64,000 bases of DNA, from NCBI RefSeq assembly GCF_964194155.1, contig NC_135899.1:3224001-3288000 (forward strand), in the 5' to 3' direction. Positions 52,936-64,000 of this stretch are shown here, piece after piece. Made by a program: the position numbers and the translations under genes. Within the stretch, counting starts at the first letter, position 1. Every line of letters begins with the position of its first letter. This DNA is from Cetorhinus maximus (Eukaryota). The notes under the pieces are model-generated. The model searched no databases, was not told the DNA's origin, and saw nothing but the letters and a program-made list of their open reading frames with translations.

Positions 52936-53821
52936 TCACTTTTTTAAACCAGAAGAATTGCTCATTGCTGAAATCCAATGTTAAGTTAAACTATTTAAAT
53001 CAACCATTAAAAAAAATCAACTACCTGTCACGCCATCCAAAACACACCCCACAATCCCACCAGCACAAAAGTCTTGTACGAGTCTTACAAAGTCCACAAT
53101 TATCTAGTCTTTTTTTTGTTTTCCACTTCACATACACAGTTCTGGAGACTGTGCATCACCAATTGGCATTACTTAGCCCAGGGGTTTATATTATGAGAAA
53201 GGGAGATCTCACTACAATCAAATCAGTGACTGATAAGTTGAATGCCATGATCCAGCGTTATAGCTTCACACTACCTTCCTGCCAACCTCATGCCCAAAGT
53301 GGCTATATTTTATGTGCAGGACTTAACATGCAAGTACAGCCAACTGTGGGTAGCTGTACTTCCCAATGTCATCCAGGGGCACCCCATGGGTGTCAACCCT
53401 CCAGGATTGGCGTGGCATCTCCAGGAACTAAACAGCAACCTCCAGGGCATTGCTCTGCGCAACCCTAGGCCACACAGATTCTTGCCACCCCCACCCCACC
53501 TCCCCCCACTCTTCCAAGTGACCGCCACATATGCATTCCAGCACGAGGAGAGTGAACAGCAGCCAGGGGCAGCAGCTTCTGGCCAGCCTCAGCCAGCTCT
53601 GCGCCAAACTGGGAACGCACTTGGCCCAGCACCAAAACTGGAGATGCAATTACCCAGAGGAGGAAGGTTCATCACGTCAGCCCCACACTCATGATGGTAG
53701 AATCTCCTGAGGGGAGGAAAAGACCCAGGACCAGGGAGGAAGAGTCACTGATACCAACCCCCACCGCGCCCCCAAACCTCCTAAAGGAAAACTCTCTCTG
53801 CACCAGAAGACGAGCCAGTAC

Positions 53822-53930
53822 CTGATGCCTCATTATAGTAGACGTTAATGCGGTCAAGCTGGAGGTCACTGTCTCCGTGGTAAGTACCAGTGGGGTCGAT
53901 GCCATGTTCATCACTGATTACTTCCCAGAA
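53822..53930 (-). CDS. TUBB: Beta-tubulin exon 2
   Basis: Canonical 109 nt; [36 protein letters not shown]; AG/GT boundaries. Confidence 0.97.
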
Positions 53931-56900
53931 CTGTGAAGGAAACCAGAGACTGGAGTTACAAACAGCCCAGGAGCAAAGCACAGAGCAATCACAGGACAGG
54001 ACACCCAGCAAGTTCTGAACTCCCAATTACAGCACCCTCCCCCAACTCGCATCAAGTCCATCTGTTGCAGTTACGTGAATGGGTAATTACTGAATGTTAT
54101 CACGTAAAGGTATAGCACAGAAGCCGGCCATTTGACCCAACTAATCTGTGCACCATTATGAACATCCATTCCTCCTATTCTATCTACCTCGTATCCCTCT
54201 CTCTCTCTCATGTACTCATACTTCCCTTGGAAAGCATGAAACCTATTTGCCTCAACCACTGTGGGGTAGACAAGTTCAACATTCTAACCACTCTGGGGAA
54301 GCATACCTCAACTCCCTGTTGGATTTATTCATGACCATCTAGTACTGATGATCCCTGGTTATTGGGTACTCATTCCCCACTCACCATCCTTACTTGGAAA
54401 TATGTCGCCGTTCCTTCACTGTCCCTGGGTCAAAATACTGGAATTCCCTCCCTAACAGCACTGTGGGTGTACCTACACCACATGGGCTGCAGCGGCTCAA
54501 GAAGGCAGCTCACCACCACCACAAGGGTACTTAGGGATGGGCAAGAACTGCTGGCCCAGCCAGCGACACCCACATCCCATGAATGAATTTTTTAAAAAAT
54601 CAGCTATTTATATTACAGAACATCCTGCAGTACATAAACTAGCAAATTGATGGCACAAGTAAGCCTTTAAAGGCAAGAAGCTCTACTTTAGAACTTAGAA
54701 GAAAACTTCATTTACAGGATGTGGGCATCGCTGGCTAGGCCAACATTTATTGCCCATCCCTAATTGCCCTCGAGAAGCTGCCTCGTCGAGCCACTGCCAG
54801 AGAGATCACCACAAATCTCAAAAACATAAAAAGGCGGCAGAGTCAATGAAAACATTCACACTGGCCACCACATCCCGATTTAATCAGGGGCTTAACCAGC
54901 AAGCGAGCAGATAATTCCCTGGTTGTGGTAAAGTAACCGGCACGCATACAACCACGGCTGCACTGGGATGGCTGGGAGGGTACAACACTGGGTATTCGGC
55001 TAGCTAGCAAACTAAGTTGGCGGGGGGGATAAGAGGCAAAATACGCTGACTGGCTCACAGGGGAATGAACATTCAAAAACTGCACTTCATTTAAATGGGC
55101 TGGTTTTAAGTGGCAACTGCACGTGCTCCCTGCCAGTACAAAGGCAGGAACACTCACAGCAGTGCTTATTAATAGTCCATTGTTCAAGTCATTCTGGAAG
55201 AACACAATGTTTCGGTGGGGTGGGGCACATTGCTGTAGAGACGAACATACACCAGGAATCACATACCCCCACAAATCACCTCCCACTTTGTACAGGCCAA
55301 CAGTACCACAAAGCAGAAAGCAAAAAATAAAAAGAGGATTTTTCATATGAGTTAACACAGACATAGCTTCCCTCACTCTCCTCCCCTCTCCCAGTCTAGA
55401 CACAGCCCTATGCATGGGTGGAGAGAAAGATCCTTTAAGAGGGATGCTACTGTCTGGAAGCACCACCCCTCCCCCCACAAATCATATTGGAAAACTGGGG
55501 AGAAGAAATCCAATCTGGAAGGTGGGCTCTCGATAACCAAGAGGAACATTACCCATCAAATTTATTTTAAAATGGAATCATTCTTCCAAAATGACACCTA
55601 CCCTGCCAGAGGTTAACTTTGCACGGCATTTTCTTTGGACACCATTCCACCCTATCCCCTCCCCCACCCCCGTCTAGACATCACCCTGTGAAATGTGCCT
55701 GCCTGAGCAATAACTCCACTCTGCCGCAGCACGGGTCAAAGCTAATATCAGCTTTTGGCAGCTAGTTGTAGAGAATGCTCAGAACACTGGTTAAAAATTC
55801 AGCAGCTCATTCAAGGAGATGTCCGAGCCAAAGGGGAGGGGGAGAAAAGCAGCTGGGAGGCGGGTACATTTGCAGCAAACTCCAGCCAAGGGGCTCCACC
55901 CAAACAGGAAACCTCCCGACAAGGGGCTGGAGAACAAAAGAACCGAGGCGATAAAATAAATCTACTCTGCCGGCTACTGGAGAGCTGCATTCCTGCACAA
56001 GAATACCTATCTGGAGGGGGAAAAAAACAGAAGATCAGAGAGGAAAACCAACGGAAAAAAAACAAAAATGAATGGTCTTCAAGACAAAAGGTTCCTTTTT
56101 GTTACAGTCTTATCCTCAAAGGGGTTGGTACCCTCATTAAAACCAGTTAGGGACCTTTCGATTAGCACTATGACTCAATCACATATTAGAACAAGGAATA
56201 ACTTAAAAAAATAAGACAGACAACTGGAGTAGCATTGTTTTGTTGGGCACAAAATTGCTGAATTTGAACAAAGAAAACCAAATGAGCCAAGCTGGCTTTG
56301 TTCCTCTCTGCCTCCCTCCCATCATTGTACTCTCAGCAGCTTAGACTCACACAGGCAGCCATCCAGCACTTTGTATCCTTTACACAGGCTTCAATTCTGA
56401 ATCTTTGCAGTCTCGAGTTGGAGATCACGTCCAGTCCCTACTCTCGACACCTCTTTCCACATCCCCCACATTAAGAAACGACAGCCTGCCCATCCTAGAA
56501 GTACATGTCCAGTTGCAGAGAGTGCTCTCTGCAGGGTACAGAGAACACCCAGTCAGTACTGAGCCAATCACTTGGGAAAGGGGCCAGAAAATTTTTTGGG
56601 ACTTATTTATCTCCACAAGTTTACCCCCCACTCATTTGCCCATGGCTGCAGTCCAGGGCTCTGAACTCGAAAGAGACCCTTCTGGCCATCCCGCTCCCCA
56701 CCATGTCAGCCTTATTCATCAGGCAAGGGGATTTAAGTTGTATGTATTGTTGACCTACAGAAGGTGCTTCCAGTTCCAGCTGACAGTTATTCTCCAGTAT
56801 CTTACCAAAATTAGGCACATGAAGGTCCACACCACTGGACTGGGGAAGTATGAAAGCCAAGTTTAAACCCAAACCTCACTGAGCACCACCCACCCCTATC

Positions 56901-58843
56901 ATGAGTCACAGGATTGCAAGCCAGACCCCTTACCTGGCATCCCAAATTCCAGAAGGACCCAAAAAAACAGGCCACATTCGATGCTGGTGCCCTGGGTAGC
57001 AAATCCGAATAAAAGACTTTTATTCTTTATCTTTCATACTTTCTTTCATGGATCATAAGTACATTAAGGCCTAGAGCCCAAAATCTGTAAAATCCCCAAA
57101 CCGGGCACATAGTCCAGCCAGTCCCAAGCTTCTTGGATATGGGGTCTGGTGCTTGAACATTACCCCTGAACGTTTTTACCCTCATTAGCTCAAGGGCATT
57201 AAGGTCAGTTGTAGTGTCATGCGTTGCCAGAGTCAAGACCAGCCAACTCAGCAGAGAATGGGCAGAAAGTTCAGGCCTTCCTATCGGGTAGGACTTAAAA
57301 GCCAAGCCCTTTGCTCGCCAAGCCAGCTGGAGCAGTGTTCCAACAGTAGGAAATATGACAACTCTGCTAAAGCCTTGCTCGAAGCCTTAAGCAGCGAGAA
57401 CCACAGAGCAGCCCCCAGCCCTTTACTAGCTCCAGCACAGCCAAGGAAGACAGGAAGAAAAGAAGACTACAAATTCAGGGAGAAACACTTTTTTTCAGCT
57501 GGTCCTTTAGAGATACAATGTGGTGGTGCAAACATAGCAATACTTGGGTTTGGTATCTTCACTGGCTTGGGGAAATCCACGCTGGGCAAAGTTTGCAAAG
57601 TCCAGAAGGCCATAACTAATTTACCCCTAAAACTATTTTAATTGCAGATAGTATCCAAAGTATTACTTATGGCAAAATAATATGCGGCTATAGGAATTCA
57701 GGACAAATTTGGAGTTAGATTAGGACCTACTCATCCTTGACCAAAAGGACAAGGCTTCAACTAGAGTGTCAGCAACTGATCCTGTTTACAAGCATGTAAT
57801 TGCCTCCGGCAGTGATGAAATTTAATATGGAAAGGCCTGGTACACTCTGTCACCATCTGGTTGCCAAGCAAGGATGAGATTCAGTTCAAAATAATCAAGT
57901 CTTCTGTGTGCAGCCCAAATGGCAATTGGCCAGCTCCACCACCACAGTTGACTTCACCCACAGCACAAATCACACAAACAGCCAGTTGGGATTCTTTCAG
58001 CCCAATAGTTGCCACAAACGATGGAATGAAGCCGTAGTTGGAAAACTGGTGAAATGCAAGAATTCATGCCCCCCCCCCACCCCCCTACACATAACCCTAA
58101 ACTGTCTAACATTCGAGCACATAACATCCAAAGATCTGCCCCTGCCTCACTGATCCTGTAGACCAAAATCTCAAATTCATAGTCAATGCACCAAGTTAGC
58201 TCATCTCAGCTGGCGCCAAATCAGTGGGATAAATCCACAGGCATCCAACCACTCAAACTCAGCAAACTTGATAATTATTCCTACATAAAAATATACAGTA
58301 GCAGTTTTCACCTTTTGGTCAAGGAACCCCACAATATATTCTGCTGAACCAGAATACCGCCCCCTCTCTCCTGCCACCATATATATTATTTTTGAAAATT
58401 ACTCACTCAGAACCCTTCAGGGATGTTTGCAGGTGTTTAGCTGAAATACACTGTTATGCAACAGGAGTTGATAGTTATTCAAACGTGGAAGGCATTAGTC
58501 ACAGGAGCTACTCTAGTCAAATGGGTAGGAATCAAGGCCAAGCCAATTGTATTCCAAACGCTAACCGCGGCAGCTCAATTTCTGCCTCAGCTGATGATCG
58601 ATCCTGTTCATCTCAACCTACATAATGGGTTTTTAATATTTTTCCTTGTGCTATGAATTTTAGGTACTTTATAAATGTTTGCATGGCTTTGGCAAACACA
58701 AAGTGTTAACTGCTTAAGAGCTGTTTGCACTGATTAGGTTAGGTGTAACTGAAGGATGTCACCCATCGATTAGGGATAGTGTATGAAACCAGACATTTAT
58801 GCAAATGAAAGAAGTTTGAACAATTCAGAATGATTAAATAGAT

Positions 58844-58979
58844 TCTGATGAAGAGTCATATGGACTCGAAACGTTAACTGTCTTTCTCTCCACAGATGCT
58901 GTCAGACCTGCTGAGTTTTTCCAGCAATTTTTGTTTTTGTTCCAGATTCCCAGCATCCACAGTATTTTGCTTTTATATT
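58844..58979 (+). mobile_element. Penelope-like terminal repeat with hammerhead core; other copies at about 1140-1210, 13225-13280, 15863-15985, 16238-16370(-), 46490-46745, 59530-59657(-), 61315-61490
   Basis: Shared core CTCTCCACAGATGCTG.CAGACCTGCTGAGTTTTTCCAGCA; this copy is flanked by a 13-bp direct repeat TGATTAAATAGAT (58831-58843 and 58980-58992). Confidence 0.7.
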
Positions 58980-61900
58980 TGATTAAATAGATGGTTGAGT
59001 CTGTGGAATGTGGTTTAATAAAGATAGGGATGATTTGAAAATTTGCAAATTTTCGATTGTACCTTCAAATCTTCGATTGTTACCAAAGAACAATTCAGAA
59101 TCCAAAACACCTGCAAGCCTTAGACCTTGTTAATTGTAGTTCAGGATGAAGCTATGATTCTGCGTCGATGGTCTATTGTTGCAACTGTGAATGGAGTATT
59201 GAACATATTGATTGTATTAGGGCTGGGTGCAACTCGTAAACTATTGCCTGGTTAAAAGTTGGCAGGCTGTAGTTTCAGTGTAACAGGGAAACTACTGCCT
59301 GCCAACTTTGTCTGGTTAAGAACCCAAATAAAGGTTCAAGCGATTTACAACACTTTCAATAATGAATATATCTTGTATTTCCAATAGCTTGGTGAGTAGA
59401 CATGCCATTACACATCACCAGCCATCTCCAGGATGATGATTAATCCATGCCCCAACATAAGCCTCGCCCACAATTGGACTGCAAAGGGGATTTGTGAATT
59501 TTAACAATGGGCATCATTCACTCGCTTAAATAAAAGCAATACTGCATATGCTGGAAATCTGAAATAATAACAAAAAAAGCTGAAAAAATCAGGTCTTGGC
59601 AGCTTCTGTGGAGAGAGAAACAACTAATATTTTGAGTTTGTATGACTTCTTCAGAGCTGGATTGATTTATTATTCACTTGCTCCCAGATGGCGTTAATGT
59701 TTACACCATACCTTAGATCACCCCTGAATAACACAACATACTAAAACTTACATTAAACTAATGTCCCTTGTACGTGAGGGATATATGCCCAACTGGGAGT
59801 TAGTACTGACCATCCAGACAATGTTTCACCTTCCTTGCTCCAAATCTATTCCACCAAGTTTGACTTTCCCCAACCCTTTTACTTTGTACAAACTGTCAGT
59901 TCATCAGCACGTTTTCACAATTCTGCATAGCGCTCGTGAGTTGGATTTAACCAGCTTCCTTAGCAGAGATCACAAAACTAAAAATGAGGCCAATTTGACC
60001 AAGGTTACCATCAGATCAGCCACAATCTTATTAAATGGCAGAGCAGGCTCGAGGGGCCGAATGGCCTACTCCTACTCCTTGTTTGTTAAAAAACACCATA
60101 ATTTGTTTATTCCTGATTTGGGGGAGGGGGGGGTCATTGCAGCCCAAGCTCTCAGGATGAACAAAAGAATCTCACAGCCAATGTGAATTACTCCTGAAGG
60201 ACATGCTGAGGACACACCCACCCTGCCATCCAAGTATAACTCCCTCCAGACTACTGAGGCAAATTACTGAAAGGCTGCCTCTAGGGAAATGGAGCACCAC
60301 TGTTAAGCCATACTCTGGGGAGGTGGTAGGACAGTGGTGTTATCATTGACTAGCAGGATTGAAGCCCACCAGGGCAGATGGTGAAATCTGAATTCAATAA
60401 AAATCTAGATGACCATGAAACCATTGCCGATTGATGTTGAAAAACTCATCCGGTTCACTGATGTCCTTTAGGGAAGGTCTGGCCCACATGTGACTCGAGA
60501 CCCACAGGAATGTGGTTGGCTCTTAAATGCCCTCTGAACAATGGCAACGAGGGATGGGCAATAAATGATCCTATGAATGAATAATAAAAAATTAAAATCT
60601 GACGACCAGGTGATCCTCCCAGGAGCCCTAGTGTGCAAACATCATCGGCAAAACACATTTTATTCCGAGTTTGGGGGCAATCATTTTGCTGCTCCATGGA
60701 ATATCCTCCCCTCCCAAGAATATACTATCGGTGTGCTCTGTCATTCACAAAGATTGTGTCGGGGGGGGGGAGAGAGAAGAGAGTACGGCAGCGTCAATGT
60801 GGAATTCTCACACTGAAAAGGGCCTATTTCACATATATTCTGCAGACTTCTCTAAACGTTGGATAATAAGTTGGATTTTCTTGATATTCCGGCTTAAAAA
60901 GAAAAGGACAGATGGCTTAGCAAAAATCAAATTAGTGGAGTCTCCTGAACCGTCCTTATAAAAAGGAGGTCGAGACGAGGATTGGTTTTAAAAAGAAAAA
61001 TCAATTGAGTTTGAGAGATCTGGGTCGCACTGTCTGAAACAGCGGTGGAAGCAGAATCAGTGCAAAACGGGATGGGGTTTTATACATTTTTGACTAGGTA
61101 AAAAAAGCAAGGGGGCTGAATGGGTCTCTTTCAAAGAGCCGAATCCCACGTTGTGAGAATTCCCAAGGCTCCCGATAGCCGGGGGGAGGAGGAATATTAA
61201 ATGCAAAGCCGAGCTGAGAAGTCAGGATGATCTGGAGCTCGCTAGCATTGGAATGAGGTCAGTGTTACAGCAGTGAGGATGGAAGCCTGGCACATGGATA
61301 GAAACACTCGGGGCACATTCTCTCCTTAAGGAAAGAATTCAGAGTTAACGTTCCGAGTCTTCCTCAGAGCTTTCCAGAGTAAAGATCACACGGACTCTTA
61401 TTCCTCCCTCCACGGACGCATCAGATCCGCTGAGTTTTTCTGTTTTTATTTCAAGATTTCCAGCATCCGTAGTATTTTGCTTTTATTTAACTAAAGAATT
61501 AGAACTGGACCTGTCTGGGGGTGGGGGGAAAAGAGGTCACCCTGCAGCTATCTGGTAGTGTGGAGTGTAGCAACATAGACATTGTTGCAATCCGCTTGCA
61601 GCAAAGTTACTTGTTGCAATTTCATACACACAAATAAATGAATGAACGCGTTATTAACCCTGTGGATCCACACTGCAGGGATTAAAATGCGTGCATTGTT
61701 CAGGTGCTGGATGGCACTTGGACCTCAAGTGTGATCCCGCCCCCATTCCACACCTGGTGGGAGTCAGAGAGGGCACAAGCGGGCAAAAAAAAAGATTTAA
61801 ATTCAAAAAGAAAAAGAACCGTTTGGCGCCACATCTTCCTGATCCCATTGGCCAATTGGCTTTTGGCGCCTCTGTAACGGACGTGTATTTCCCTCCAAGG

Positions 61901-62712
61901 CAAGGTGACCAATAGGAGGCTGGTTAGTATCAGTTACCGAGGGAGCTACACACCCCCTTCCCCCCGCTTTGAATTCAGGTTTGATGAAAGCCCATGGGTA
62001 CGTTAATGGGCGAAAGTAATGTCATTATTCGTCACCCCGTATAAAGGTCAGGAGAGGATCACCCCAACTCCCCTAAAAAAAAGGTTCAACAAAGCAAAAA
62101 GTGACTCTCAAATAAATCCCGTGGGATCAATTTCCCTGGAAATTAACACAAAGAAATTGCAACCTTACTGTCGATCAGACGCTCAAAATACCCCTGGCTC
62201 AGCCGCTTCGGCTGGCCCCTGGTGGTAATCAAATAGCTTTGTAGGTTAAAACAAACTATAATGAAATAGTCACTCCAAATATGCTAAGTGTTACTGATTT
62301 TTCAACGCTATGTTGCAAATTGCATTTTAAAAAAAATATCAACAACAAAAAATATATTTTCAATCGCTTTGCTGAAGCGGTTAACAGATTCGTGCTTAAT
62401 CCCTCCACAAACTACATATTCAGGGGGTCAGTGAGCGCAGAGAAGATTGTATTTCAGATCCCTGCGTCACTTACACCTCGCTGCCCACTCACCCACATGG
62501 GGCTCCAGCTAGACTTGAAATGTGTATTTTAATAACTTCAATAAAAATCAAATTAACCTTTAATAAGCTTACAGCTCATTATTAAAATGAACGACATCCT
62601 CTCCTTTATACCCATATTGGATCTAAGCACGAGTCCGCTATAAGGCAAATTTCTAGCGCTTAGTCCTTTAAGACTTAGAAATACAAATTGCAACAAAGTG
62701 AACCACGCTTAC

Positions 62713-62769
62713 CTTGGCCCCGATCTGATTACCACATTGACCAGCTTGCACATGCACGATCTCCCTCAT
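62713..62769 (-). CDS. TUBB: Beta-tubulin exon 1 (MREIVHVQAGQCGNQIGAK)
   Basis: Canonical 57-nt exon with MREI autoregulation motif; donor AAG|GTAAG. Confidence 0.97.
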
Positions 62770-62859
62770 TGTTAGCTTTGCAAAAGGGGGAAAGACGAAT
62801 TTACAAGAAAAAAAATTCGCTGGTTACAGTGTAACTGCGCCGCTCTCAGCTCCTGAAGG

Positions 62860-63015
62860 CTGCTCGCAACAAAGCTTTTAAAGGGGGTGGTGCCCCCACT
62901 ACGAGGTGCCCCTTCCTATTGGGTCTATGGTGACACGTGGACCAGCAGCCGGCCTGCCATTGGACCCAAAGTGTTGCAGTAATTAACCAGCTAACGTCAT
63001 GCCGGGGCCCAATGA
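62860..63015 (-). promoter_or_regulatory. TUBB proximal promoter
   Basis: TATA-like TTTAAAA near 62876-62882, CCAAT boxes on the minus strand at 62918 and 62959, E-box CACGTG at 62934-62939, about 100-200 nt upstream of the ATG. Confidence 0.6.
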
Positions 63016-64000
63016 AAGAGAGCCTGGGAGCTGGAGTCCATTCAGATTACATGTTTTCCCCTTGTGGGAGAGACTAGAACAAGTGGACACCGTTTAACAA
63101 GAAGGGGTTTCCTATTCAAGACAGAGGCGAGGGGCAATTTTTTCTCTCAGAGTGTCCTTGGCCTCTCCTCCTCAGAAAGGTGTGGAGGCAGGGTCATGGA
63201 ATATTTCTAAGGCTGAGCTGGATAGATTCTTGGTTGACAAGGGAGTCAAAGGTTATGGGGGGGTTGGGGAAAGTAGAGTTGAGGCCACAATCAGATCAGC
63301 CATATATCTCACCAAATGGTAGAGCAGGCTCAAGGGGCCGAATGGCCTCCTAATTCATATATGTTCTCACTCCAGGTCAATAGGTGCTACATTGGTGGTC
63401 AGCCTTACTGGGGTTTCCTATGAGACAAGAGCTCAAATTCAGTCCTTAGATTCTGGGCTCTCTGCCACTGGTTTGGGTGGGGGAATCAGATGTCCTTCTT
63501 TGATTAGCAAAGTGACTATTCCTTCTCAAACACAGAAATCAGGGCTGACACCTCCAGCACAGTACTAAGGCAGTGCTGCAGTGTCGGAGATGCTGTCTTT
63601 CAGATGAGACATTAAACCGAGGCCCCATCTGCCTGCTCGGGTGGATGCAACAGATCCCATGGCACTATTTTGAAGAGAAGCAGGGGATTAATCCCTGATG
63701 TCCTGGCCAATATTTATCCTTCAGTCAGCATCACAAAAGAAAAACTTGAATCAAAGATGATCTGGTCATTATCACATTGCTGTTTCTGGGAGCTTGCTGT
63801 GTATAAATTGGCTGCTGTGTTTCCTATAATGCAACAGTGATTACACTGCACAAGCAATTCATTGGCTGTAAAGGTCTTTGAGGCATCCATTCATCGTCAA
63901 AAAGTGCTACATAAATATACGTTTTTTTGTCTTTCCCAATCGGCCTGCAATCTTTGACATTGTTGACCACACCATCATCATCCAGCTGGGTAGGACTGCA

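Noticed and set aside
53931-62712. Intronic snoRNA or nested gene in the 8.8-kb TUBB intron 1
   Set aside because: No properly spaced C/D box pair or convincing exon chain found by eye; a covariance-model scan would be needed to exclude one

Overview
Vertebrate genomic DNA, very probably a cartilaginous fish (inferred from its CR1, L2, Penelope-like and Deu-SINE repeat content). Three multi-exon genes all lie on the minus strand: (1) the 5' half of MDC1 (five coding exons at 2060-14616; the gene runs off the left end), (2) a FAM111-family trypsin-like protease gene (one large exon at 22738-24564, probable small upstream exons, CpG-island promoter near 36.7 kb), and (3) a four-exon beta-tubulin gene, TUBB (50452-62769). 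MDC1 next to TUBB marks the MHC class I framework region. The most notable result is that the FAM111-like gene sits between MDC1 and TUBB and has Ala in place of its catalytic serine (GAAGS instead of GASGS), so it is a probable pseudoprotease. Other points of interest: TUBB orientation differs from human; minimal hammerhead-ribozyme cores in Penelope-like repeats; a local inverted duplication in an MDC1 intron; two G-rich 25-bp minisatellites; solo LTRs; a triple-nested retroelement; and N-blocks in TUBB exon 4 that look like masking, not gaps. All calls were made by eye, without database searches.
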